This document shows positions 28,163-40,699 of a stretch of DNA of 46,233 nt, in pieces (within the stretch, counting starts at the first letter, position 1; every line of letters begins with the position of its first letter). The stretch is from Escherichia phage vB_EcoS_ASO78B, in the sequence record MZ726796.1; one strand, written 5' to 3'. The translations under genes and the position numbers were made by a program. The notes under the pieces are model-generated. The model was not told the DNA's origin, ran no database searches, and worked only from the letters and a program-made list of their open reading frames with translations.

Positions 28163-28191
28163 GATTATTTCTCCTGTTTAATATAACAATT

Positions 28192-28217
28192 AAATTCTAC
28201 ATTCAAATGTAGAATTT
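28192..28217. promoter_or_regulatory. 26-bp palindromic operator overlapping the KilA-N promoter
   Basis: AAATTCTACATT-CA-AATGTAGAATTT, perfect 12-bp arms; on the minus strand it fills the spacer and -10 of a TTGCAA, 18-nt spacer, TAGAAT promoter. Confidence 0.6.
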
Positions 28218-28336
28218 TTGCAAGCTATTTTAGACAGCAAAACACCACCGAATAGATACATTTTAAACATGCTCAGGCTGGGGTGGCGAAACTTGCTCCG
28301 TGCTAAAATACATCAACAAAGCGAAGAGGATTTCAC

Positions 28337-32135
<3,799 letters not shown>

Positions 32136-32174
32136 TACAATATACATCAAATTCACACAGGAGCATTTATTATA

Positions 32175-34211
32175 ATGGCTACCACACCAACCAATAAACC
32201 AATTCCGTCCGAAGACCCTCGTGATCTTAAATTTAATGCCGGGAAGATTGACGAGGTTGTAAGTGGCGACAACCACTACTACACCGACCGATTCGGCGTG
32301 CGCCGCTGGACGATTGCTGGGTTCCAGTACACTGCAGAAGAAGCTATCCGCAACTATGGCTACATCACGATGGATAGCTTCGAAGGTGGTGCGACACTGA
32401 CATTGCCTAATCAGGTATTGCGCTATGAGGCTACTGGCGAATATTACAGATGGGATGGTGCATTTCCTAAATCTGTAGGTGCTGGCTCAACTCCGGCAAC
32501 AACTGGAGGCATTGGTTTAGGCGCATGGTTAAGTGTTGGTGATGCTACTCTGAGGAGTGATTTAAATAAACCAAATGGCTTATCTTATATAGGAACTGCA
32601 TCATCAGTTTCTGAGTTATCATCAATATCAGGATCAATCGGCGATTCCATAATTCTTGATTCGTATGTGAGCGGGTTTAATCTTGGTGGTGGTATTATGG
32701 TAGCTGTTAGCGAGGATACCACTATAGACAATATTGTTACCTTCTCAGGAAGTGGGGTGGTATGGAAAAGAAAATTCTTCAACGGCACCGTGGACGTGTA
32801 TGATGCTGGCTATACTGGAACCGAAGATTTGGCGGTATTCATCAACAAAATAAACTCTGCCGGATTTGACTGTGTAGTTCCTGTTTCTGGTGAGATAACA
32901 ACACCGATTGTTTTAGACATAGCAAAAGGCGCACTTATTGGAAAAAATAAATGTACTTTAACAGAGTCTGCTTCCGTAACCGGTGACTACTACCTAACCA
33001 TTATTAATACAGGCGCGGATTACACTAACAGAGATGCAGTTAACGCAACTGCTTTGATGAGTGGCGTGTCATTCGTCGGGAAAGGTTCCAGGAAATTGGC
33101 TATCGGTGGTTCTACTAGTGGTGAAGTATCAGAGTTAAGAATCTCTAATAGTGGGTTTATCTCAACTGCCGGAATTGAGTTTCTTGATAATGCATATCGT
33201 ATCCTTTTTGATAAATGTACGTTGTCCAGAAGTTTTACAAATTCTGCTATTTTCAATTCACCAGCGAATTCAGGTGAGGTTATAAAATTTAATCACTGCT
33301 GGATGGTTGACAACGGCGGACCTTTCACGTTTGTTAATGGTCAATTTATATTCGATAGCTGCTCACTTCCTGCTGGTAAGAAAGCAGGTTATTTCGACCC
33401 TGCTATAGCACTATCTGATAATGCTACGGTTGTTTTTTCCAACGGAAATATAGAATATCAGCCTGGTCAGAGTTTTGTTGGCTTTACCGTTGCAGGAAGT
33501 TCAAGATTAAGCATCAAAGACTCAACAGTATTACTGCCTGTCGGATTTAGTTCTGTTCCTGTGGTAAGTAACGATGACGGCGTGGTTATTCTTAGCAATT
33601 GCTCCCTGCCTTTGTACGGGAACACTACTATTGCCACTGGATTCCCTACCAGGCAGTTAATTGGAGGCTCTAGCCGCAAAGTTATATCCAGAGGTTGCTT
33701 CCCTCGAGCAGGGTTTGTAATAGCTAACTGGGATTTAGGTGCAATAGTTAGTCCGTTTATAAATAGTTTAAGCAACGGTTCAGGACAGTTTTTATCTACA
33801 TCCAACTGGTCATTAGCTCAAACTGGGGTGGGTGTTGTTACGGCATCACATAACAATGATGTACCTAACGACCTTATGTTCACAACATCAATAATTATTA
33901 ATGTCCCATCCTCTGATGCTTCAGCTAACTTCACCCAATCGGTTATTGATTGTGAGCCTGGTAGATATTTCCAGTTTGGTTTTTGGGCTAAAAATACAAC
34001 AACCACCCTAGCGTCAATTAGATTCCTGGACCAGTCTGGAAATGCTGTAGCAGATTCCATAGGGTATAACATCCCAGCGGTAGGCACATTCAATTTTTAT
34101 GCCTTGGTGGATTCAGTCCCTCAAGGAGCATATAAGGCTGAGGTTAATTTTAATGTTGGTAAATCAATTGGCAGTTTAACAATACACAATGCAGTGTATG
34201 GTTTAATATAA
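32175..34211 (+). CDS. tail fibre / tailspike with beta-helix-like C-terminal domain
   Basis: 678 aa; conserved N-terminal anchor DPRDLKFNAGKIDE; C-terminal two-thirds visibly AT-rich with repetitive beta-strand-like segments. Confidence 0.7.
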   Translation: MATTPTNKPIPSEDPRDLKFNAGKIDEVVSGDNHYYTDRFGVRRWTIAGFQYTAEEAIRNYGYITMDSFEGGATLTLPNQVLRYEATGEYYRWDGAFPKSVGAGSTPATTGGIGLGAWLSVGDATLRSDLNKPNGLSYIGTASSVSELSSISGSIGDSIILDSYVSGFNLGGGIMVAVSEDTTIDNIVTFSGSGVVWKRKFFNGTVDVYDAGYTGTEDLAVFINKINSAGFDCVVPVSGEITTPIVLDIAKGALIGKNKCTLTESASVTGDYYLTIINTGADYTNRDAVNATALMSGVSFVGKGSRKLAIGGSTSGEVSELRISNSGFISTAGIEFLDNAYRILFDKCTLSRSFTNSAIFNSPANSGEVIKFNHCWMVDNGGPFTFVNGQFIFDSCSLPAGKKAGYFDPAIALSDNATVVFSNGNIEYQPGQSFVGFTVAGSSRLSIKDSTVLLPVGFSSVPVVSNDDGVVILSNCSLPLYGNTTIATGFPTRQLIGGSSRKVISRGCFPRAGFVIANWDLGAIVSPFINSLSNGSGQFLSTSNWSLAQTGVGVVTASHNNDVPNDLMFTTSIIINVPSSDASANFTQSVIDCEPGRYFQFGFWAKNTTTTLASIRFLDQSGNAVADSIGYNIPAVGTFNFYALVDSVPQGAYKAEVNFNVGKSIGSLTIHNAVYGLI

Positions 34212-34240
34212 AAAAACCCCGCTTCGGCGGGGTTAGTTTT
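34212..34240. terminator. bidirectional terminator
   Basis: A7-CCCCGC-TTCG-GCGGGG-TTAGTTTT between tail fibre and convergent SSB. Confidence 0.75.
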
Positions 34241-34244
34241 ATCA

Positions 34245-34730
34245 TCAGAAGGGTATTGAATCGTCGAAGTCCATTGGAGGCTCATTTCCTCCTTGTGGGC
34301 TTTGTTGTTTTGGTGGCTGTTGTTGTCTTTGCGGTTGCTGGCCTGATTGCTGGCGTGGTTGTTGCTGACCAGAATCATCACGTTTACCGCCAAGCATCTG
34401 CATGACGCCGCCCATCTGTGGAATGACAATCTCAGTGGTATATCGGTCTACGCCGTTGCTGTCAGTCCATTTTCTAGTGCGCAGCTGGCCTTCGATGTAA
34501 ACCTGAGAACCTTTGCGAAGGTATTCTCCTGCAACTTCTGCAAGTTTTCCGAAGATGACCACGCGATGCCATTCAGTCTGCTCTTTCTTTTCTCCTGTCT
34601 GCTTATCTTTCCACTGCTCAGATGTTGCAACTGAAAGATTGGCAATTGCAGAGCCTGATGCTGAATATTTAACTTCCGGGTAGTTACCGAGAGTGCCGAC
34701 AATAATTACTTTGTTTACGCCGCGTGCCAT
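34245..34730 (-). CDS. ssb: single-stranded DNA-binding protein
   Basis: OB-fold N-terminus ([11 protein letters not shown]), Gln/Pro-rich linker and acidic C-terminal tip DFDDSIPF. Confidence 0.9.
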   Translation of the reverse strand: MARGVNKVIIVGTLGNYPEVKYSASGSAIANLSVATSEQWKDKQTGEKKEQTEWHRVVIFGKLAEVAGEYLRKGSQVYIEGQLRTRKWTDSNGVDRYTTEIVIPQMGGVMQMLGGKRDDSGQQQPRQQSGQQPQRQQQPPKQQSPQGGNEPPMDFDDSIPF

Positions 34731-34733
34731 TTA

Positions 34734-35393
34734 TTAAAATCCTTCAATTGGAGTTGGTTTATGTTCGGTTTTTTCTTCCTGCGGTTCTGGATGTTGAGGT
34801 TGCGGTTTGGCCAGTTTTGCAGGGTTGAATGATTCGCCTGATACCATGAATTTAGCCTTCATCTCTTGGTAAGCACCAACAATAACGCGAGTTGCTGCAT
34901 CGTCTCCACGGAACGCCTTGTATTCATCGCCATAGATTGAAGCTAACTCTTCCATGCTGGCTGCGTTGCGAATCAATGCGACAGCATCCTTTGGCGATTT
35001 GCGAGCAGCATTACCGTCATCATCAGCCTGAGCAATGCCAAACATTGCTGCGATGGAATATCTTCGCGCATATGTCATTGCCGAGCCGTACCCCTGCGCA
35101 TCCTTCTTAGCAACTGGCATTGGCATCACTGACGACATGTACTCACCGGACTCATGCATTATCGTTGTTTCAAGTTTAAGCACATCCATTGAATCACCAT
35201 CAATGGCATTCTGGATGATTATAAGTCCGTTCGCCTCAAGCGCAGGACGTATTGCATCAAGAAACGACTCAAGGTTTGCGTAGTTGCTTTTCAGGTGTGG
35301 GTTTTTTGCATTTTTCTTTGCTCCGCTACTCATCACCTTTCGAGCTTCAACCAGCGCCTTAATCAGGTTGGCTTTCTGTTCCGAGAAAATCAT
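34734..35393 (-). CDS. ERF-family single-strand annealing protein
   Basis: GSAMTYARRYSIAAMFGIAQADDDG resembles the P22 Erf core (GATSSYARKY..LFGIDDAKD). Confidence 0.7.
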   Translation of the reverse strand: MIFSEQKANLIKALVEARKVMSSGAKKNAKNPHLKSNYANLESFLDAIRPALEANGLIIIQNAIDGDSMDVLKLETTIMHESGEYMSSVMPMPVAKKDAQGYGSAMTYARRYSIAAMFGIAQADDDGNAARKSPKDAVALIRNAASMEELASIYGDEYKAFRGDDAATRVIVGAYQEMKAKFMVSGESFNPAKLAKPQPQHPEPQEEKTEHKPTPIEGF

Positions 35394-35409
35394 TTCATCA
35401 CCTCACTAA

Positions 35410-36348
35410 TTATAAATTAAACTGTTTTTTGAACCACTCAGGCGTTTCCATTTCTATGACAGGATTACCCATTGAATAACCCGGCCACGAATTGGCTTTT
35501 TTGCACGCTTTGTAAATTTCCATTGCACCATGCAACTGAATTCGACCAATATGCAACTGCTCTTCCGTTAATCTAATTAACGCAGGAATAAACGGAGCTT
35601 TCTTTTCCTGAACTAAAAGGTTTACCGAACGCGGTGCATGACCGTATGCCGCAACAAACATATCGTGTTGCATCGCCATTTTCATAAAGTAACCAAGTCG
35701 CGCAGCATGGCGAAAAAACTCATCAGGCTTGGCGCTCACCGCTGTCTTGTAGTCAATGATGTCTCCACCTTTGGTAAGGCAGTCAAAGCGAACTTTTGCT
35801 TTTTCTCCATTAAGCTCACCAAGAATTGACACCTCAGCATAAGCACCAGAAAGAAGACTGCTGTAATAGCTATTTGCGTGGATTACAGCACGCATTTGCT
35901 GAATAGAGTCATAATCACTGCCTTCCAGCATCTGCTTTCCTGCAGCAGCTTTTTCCGCCTCTTCACGGATTACATCGTAAATTTTCACTGGCTCGCCAGT
36001 TGCACGAATGATTTTGATCACATCAGATTTAGACTTTCCTGAAAGTCCTTTAATGCCTCGTTCTTTCGCCCATGAGTTCATGTCACTGACAGTAACTAGC
36101 AGGTCATCACCAAAATCTTCTTTTGTTGGCATACGAGCATATTCAGCATCGAAACGCTCAGGTTCAAGAAGAGCTGTATGGCTACCAGTACCAAAAATGA
36201 GAGCCTTTGATTTCTCATCTTCTTCGTCTTTGTAGCGCCAAGCTGCAGGGCATCTGTCATACAGATTCCACAGACCAGAGCCATTAATATGCTCTGTGTC
36301 GGCGTGGTAATCCTGATTGCTTAATTCATTATTGAAATAGACTTTCAT
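35410..36348 (-). CDS. PD-(D/E)XK family exonuclease
   Basis: 312 aa from ATG 36348; D...DYKT catalytic-type motif (GGDIIDYKT); adjacent to ERF and SSB. Confidence 0.65.
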   Translation of the reverse strand: MKVYFNNELSNQDYHADTEHINGSGLWNLYDRCPAAWRYKDEEDEKSKALIFGTGSHTALLEPERFDAEYARMPTKEDFGDDLLVTVSDMNSWAKERGIKGLSGKSKSDVIKIIRATGEPVKIYDVIREEAEKAAAGKQMLEGSDYDSIQQMRAVIHANSYYSSLLSGAYAEVSILGELNGEKAKVRFDCLTKGGDIIDYKTAVSAKPDEFFRHAARLGYFMKMAMQHDMFVAAYGHAPRSVNLLVQEKKAPFIPALIRLTEEQLHIGRIQLHGAMEIYKACKKANSWPGYSMGNPVIEMETPEWFKKQFNL

Positions 36349-36385
36349 TGTTAACCTCACTCATCATCACGTAAATGAATCTACA

Positions 36386-36862
36386 TCAATCTACATCGGA
36401 AAGCAAGCCAAAATAGAAAAGCGTGGCTTTTTTTAGTTGCTCAAGACCATAAGCGATAGCGGCGTAGTGACCGAGTCTGCACATCTCAGTTAGCACGGCA
36501 TACTGGTCTTTGCTCACTCTGCTCTTACTTTTGTCACGGCGCTTTGCCTCAATCATTCCACAACTGTGCTTCACTCCAGGCGTCATTATCACGTTGTCGC
36601 CTATTCCAGTCTTAACCCCCATCTTCTGGCGTTTCAGTACGAACTGGATGCGGCTGGACGTGCCTGTTTCATTCGGGACGTGAAACCAGAGCACGTCAGG
36701 GAATTGGCTTTGCATCCATGTGCCGTAACCCATCTGTTCAGTCTCCTCTTTCGGGCATTCCCCACGATAACCGCTATCAAATACCCATATACCGCTATCA
36801 AGCTGCTTCACTTTGTTCTCCTGCAAAATCTTTTCTGTGGATGATGTCGCGACCTTTATCAT
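36386..36862 (-). CDS. VRR-NUC domain nuclease
   Basis: GDNVIMTPG...GMIEAKRRD...SKDQYAVL pattern; start uncertain because the 5' end overlaps the helicase. Confidence 0.6.
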   Translation of the reverse strand: MIKVATSSTEKILQENKVKQLDSGIWVFDSGYRGECPKEETEQMGYGTWMQSQFPDVLWFHVPNETGTSSRIQFVLKRQKMGVKTGIGDNVIMTPGVKHSCGMIEAKRRDKSKSRVSKDQYAVLTEMCRLGHYAAIAYGLEQLKKATLFYFGLLSDVD

Positions 36863-38720
36863 TAATGCGGTGCGTGATGCGTTTTGGCGCTTTAATCAAT
36901 GCCGCATACATCATGAATTGCTTGGCGTTTTGGCATTTCAGTATTTTCCCCGCCATTGACTTATCATCAAGGTGAGGAAAGACCGCCTTTGCCTTGAACA
37001 TGTTTTTCATGTGAGTTGCGCCACCATAAGGGTAGAAAACTTCGTTAGCCCAGCCTTCTTTGCCATCACAACGATTAATCCAGTAGCGATACAAAATACC
37101 TTCTCCATCCTTAGTTAACTGGACTTTGAAATCCATAACATCAGCCCACTCATTATCGGTATACGCACGCTCATTAAGTGCCGCATTCGGGTCGCGCAAA
37201 ACATGATCGCAATGTCGGCAATAACGCGCAGTGGGGTCGTTTTTAGTGCCGCAGCCATCATCAAAAATACGGATTCCGTGCTTATCGAAACCGCAACGGA
37301 TGTAACTGAAAAACTCCTCGCAACGACCGTCTGGCGATAATGCATCTTTGCCAATGCAGCGGCGCGCATATGGGCTGTTCATTGTCCCGCACTTCGGACA
37401 CGGAACCTGTTCACCACTGCGTTTTGAACGTTGCGCTTCAGCCTCTTCAAGGATTGGGTCTTCATACAGCTGACCAAGCTCAAACATCGTGCCTGAGAAA
37501 TCAAGAACCAGATGATCTTCTTTATGATACCCGGCATCAATTTGCTCTTTCTTCAGCAAGCGCATCCCGCGACCAAGCAACTGGACAAGGAGAGTTAGCG
37601 ACATTATTTTTCGTAATATGCAGCTCGTATCCCATAGCGGAATGTTGACACCAGTGGTAAGGGCTGCTATCTGGAATGTGAATTTTTTGCGCCCGGTGTA
37701 TGCATCTTTTAGAGCCTTCCTTCTGGCTTTTGGCCCCATATCTTCTGTAACTATTGAATAGCTTCCTTCAGGTAGGTATTTTGCCGCCTCCTGACAGTGC
37801 TTCTTGCCAGCACATGTAATCAATACTCCGTTTCTGTTTTTAGTCAGCTCCATAACCTTTAGCATTATTTTCTGCGTCAGCGTACCTTGTTCAAGGATTT
37901 CTTTCTGCATCTGCTTGAGCTGCTCGGTGGTAAAGTCCTGTGTGCCATCAACATCTGAACCATGAAACTCGGAAAGGTCATAATGCAGACTATCAACATC
38001 ATGAAGACCAAAAATTGTTGGCACAAGAAAGCCGTTTTCAACCATGTACTTGGTGTCTATATTGATAATCTCTTTCTTCCAGAAAGCGCCTTTTATTGAT
38101 GTAGTTCCGCGAAACGGTGAGCCTGTATAACCTATTATTCTCAACTCATGGCCGTGCTTATCTTTGCACCTTTTCATTAGCTCATTAATTATCACTGCAT
38201 ACTGCGTATCACCATCATTAACAACATCAATGTCATTAACCATATGATTTTCATCGATAAGCAGGAATCTTGGGCAAAAGTCAGAAAGCGCACCTTTTGC
38301 AATAACATTCCCTGATTCATCATTTTTATCAAACAAAGCATTTACAACAGTACCCTCAGAACCACAAATTATTGGATACGTAGAACTTTTCCTCCCCAAC
38401 GAAGCGCTGAATAGCGAGTTTCTTACACCAAGCGACCATAGCTCTTCCGCATCTTGCTCCACTATTTCGCCCTGTCTTGATAAAATCATCCCTGAATAGC
38501 CCATTTCCTGAAAACGCTTTGCTATCATGGCAATCATCAGTGACTTTCCGCTACCGACGCTTGCTGTTACATAGCTTGGACCAACATAATGGCGGATCAC
38601 ATCACCAGTTAACTTATATATCAACCACTGATATGGTCTTGGCTCGATATCACCAGTATCCAGATAAGATTTCAGTAGATTAATATCAATCTCTGAAATC
38701 ATCTTGTCTATTTTATGCAT
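36798..38720 (-). CDS. SF2 DNA helicase (DExH box) with C-terminal zinc ribbons
   Basis: Walker A SVGSGKS, LLIDENH DExH box, C-terminal CPKCG...C and CRHC pairs. Confidence 0.8.
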   Translation of the reverse strand: MHKIDKMISEIDINLLKSYLDTGDIEPRPYQWLIYKLTGDVIRHYVGPSYVTASVGSGKSLMIAMIAKRFQEMGYSGMILSRQGEIVEQDAEELWSLGVRNSLFSASLGRKSSTYPIICGSEGTVVNALFDKNDESGNVIAKGALSDFCPRFLLIDENHMVNDIDVVNDGDTQYAVIINELMKRCKDKHGHELRIIGYTGSPFRGTTSIKGAFWKKEIINIDTKYMVENGFLVPTIFGLHDVDSLHYDLSEFHGSDVDGTQDFTTEQLKQMQKEILEQGTLTQKIMLKVMELTKNRNGVLITCAGKKHCQEAAKYLPEGSYSIVTEDMGPKARRKALKDAYTGRKKFTFQIAALTTGVNIPLWDTSCILRKIMSLTLLVQLLGRGMRLLKKEQIDAGYHKEDHLVLDFSGTMFELGQLYEDPILEEAEAQRSKRSGEQVPCPKCGTMNSPYARRCIGKDALSPDGRCEEFFSYIRCGFDKHGIRIFDDGCGTKNDPTARYCRHCDHVLRDPNAALNERAYTDNEWADVMDFKVQLTKDGEGILYRYWINRCDGKEGWANEVFYPYGGATHMKNMFKAKAVFPHLDDKSMAGKILKCQNAKQFMMYAALIKAPKRITHRINDKGRDIIHRKDFAGEQSEAA

Positions 38721-39241
38721 TATTTTACCCTACCAAATTCACCATGATACTTTTTTGATGCTTCCGCATAAACTTTTGCTGCTTCTTCTTTTGTATCATA
38801 TCTGCCGAGCCATATTTTTTTATTATTTACATGTATAGAGCAAGTCCATTTTTTTGTTTGCTTACAAAAACCAACCCCTTTTACACCGGATGTGTTATGG
38901 CTTGGAATCCTCATGTTTCTTAAATTTCCATTAAAGTTTGTTTCTCTTAGGTTTTCTATCCTGTTATTCAATCTATTACCATCTTTATGGTCTATTATTA
39001 ACTCAGGCCAATAACCATGCACTAAAGCCCAAATTATTCTATGAACCTTTATATCAACCCCTAAAAATCCAACCTGAAGATATCCACTTACAGTCTTCGA
39101 ACCTGCAATAGCGCCACGTTTAACCCTGTTTGTTGTTGTTCTTTTCCATATGAGATTTATTCCGTCATATGAAAAATACTCCCGCAGCGTGGATACTGGT
39201 ATTGACTTCTCTTTTAACTTCATCAATTCGAAATCATTCAC
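38720..39241 (-). CDS. HNH-AP2 homing endonuclease (paralog of 548-1060)
   Basis: IDHKDGNRLNNRIENLRE HNH motif and SGVKGVGF..GRY AP2-like region; 1-nt overlap with helicase start. Confidence 0.8.
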   Translation of the reverse strand: MNDFELMKLKEKSIPVSTLREYFSYDGINLIWKRTTTNRVKRGAIAGSKTVSGYLQVGFLGVDIKVHRIIWALVHGYWPELIIDHKDGNRLNNRIENLRETNFNGNLRNMRIPSHNTSGVKGVGFCKQTKKWTCSIHVNNKKIWLGRYDTKEEAAKVYAEASKKYHGEFGRVK

Positions 39242-39303
39242 TTTACGTTACCCTCACTCAGTGTTACGCTTAAAGCATACAAACAGTAACAGATGGAGTC
39301 AAC

Positions 39304-40254
39304 ATGTTTTATTGGGAAGAGATACAACAAAAGATGATTGGAAATTGGGAGGCGGCATTACTGTCAATAGTCAACATAGACAGGAAAATTTTTTCTGGGA
39401 AACATCAACCATGCCCTCATTGCATGGGGGTTGATCGGTTCCGCTGGGATAATCACTTCGAAATCAAAGGCGATGGCGGCGCAATATGCAATCAGTGCGG
39501 GTCAGGTAGCGGCATGAACTGGCTGATGAAACTTTCAGGCATGAACTTCCCTGAAGCACTAGAGGCGCTTGGTGGATTCCTGAATATGCACCCACGCGAA
39601 AAGCTGGAGGCAATCAGGAAGGAGTTGCCGAAGATAAATTACAACGATGACTTCATCACCGAGCAGGAAGTCGCCGCAATCATGTCTAAAACTACGCGTG
39701 TCTCGATGAATGAGTGGACTTTGACAAATGGTATTGGTTGTGACGTTAACGTCGTCAGAGGCAAATCTGGAGAGCTTATTGCGGTTGAGATGGTGCGTGC
39801 TGATACAATGAAGCCGTGCAACGTAGCATTCATTGGCATGGATGGTGATTCATTCAGAACGTTTTTCCGCGCAGGATACAACAAGGACTCAGCCATCAAC
39901 GGCAAACTCACACGCGGCGCGATAAGCACAATCGGAGAAGATAATGGAAAGTTCATTTATCTGGTATCTGATTATGCCGATGCGTGGAAGTGCCATTACT
40001 TCACTGGCGCGCATGTCTGGTGCTGCTGGTATCCTGAAAACATGTGGGAAGTGGTGCGTTCTGTTAGCGATGAGATGAAGGCACGGTTACGCTGCATAGT
40101 TAATTATAAATTTGACGAACTTTGTGCTGCGGAAAATGCAGGACTTCCGGTGATGTTGCCTGATGATGCTGACACTATCAGGATGGCGAAGCGAATCAGA
40201 AGAAAGATTTATGACGCTGGCGAGTTGATAGAAAAAATGTCAGTAAGCAGATAA
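39304..40254 (+). CDS. DNA primase (zinc-ribbon N-terminus)
   Basis: GKHQPCPHCMGVDRFRWDNH...CNQCGSGSGMNWLMK matches the primase zinc-binding ribbon pattern; only + strand gene inside the minus-strand module. Confidence 0.65.
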   Translation: MFYWEEIQQKMIGNWEAALLSIVNIDRKIFSGKHQPCPHCMGVDRFRWDNHFEIKGDGGAICNQCGSGSGMNWLMKLSGMNFPEALEALGGFLNMHPREKLEAIRKELPKINYNDDFITEQEVAAIMSKTTRVSMNEWTLTNGIGCDVNVVRGKSGELIAVEMVRADTMKPCNVAFIGMDGDSFRTFFRAGYNKDSAINGKLTRGAISTIGEDNGKFIYLVSDYADAWKCHYFTGAHVWCCWYPENMWEVVRSVSDEMKARLRCIVNYKFDELCAAENAGLPVMLPDDADTIRMAKRIRRKIYDAGELIEKMSVSR

Positions 40255-40257
40255 AAG

Positions 40258-40283
40258 AAACCCTCCAATAGGAGGGTTTTTGT
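40258..40283. terminator. bidirectional terminator
   Basis: AAACCCTCC-AATA-GGAGGGTTTTT. Confidence 0.7.
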
Positions 40284-40699
40284 TATTCCTTGAACTCTGG
40301 CGCTTCAGTCCAGAAGGCTACATTTCGCAGCGACTTACCCGTGTGATTGCACCAGTATATGCCTGAGTCATCATACTTCGCAGTAACCTTTACGCGATCA
40401 GCATCAATAACAACAACCTCCTGTCCATCTTTAGGGTCGAAAAGACGCGCATCTTTCCAGTTAGCAATCTCATTAAGTGAAAGAATGACATAACCAGGAA
40501 GATAAGAGCCGACATCAGCGATGTGAACTATAGTTCTCTCTGTTCTCTCTCCTGTGTAGTCTCCATTCCACTCATAAAGAATAATCGTGTCTCCAACCTT
40601 AAAATCACGATCGTTCTTTCTTAGTTCCGCCTTCTTGTGTCCGGTGACTACAGGCCAGAAGTGCTCAGGTAAAATTTTAAGTTCGTGTGTTTTGCTCAT
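40283..40699 (-). CDS. DUF3850 / ASCH-like (PUA-fold) domain protein
   Basis: N-terminal HELKILPEHF..V.TG.KKAELRKNDRDFKVGD matches the DUF3850 pattern as recalled; about 60-aa C-terminal extension. Confidence 0.55.
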   Translation of the reverse strand: MSKTHELKILPEHFWPVVTGHKKAELRKNDRDFKVGDTIILYEWNGDYTGERTERTIVHIADVGSYLPGYVILSLNEIANWKDARLFDPKDGQEVVVIDADRVKVTAKYDDSGIYWCNHTGKSLRNVAFWTEAPEFKE

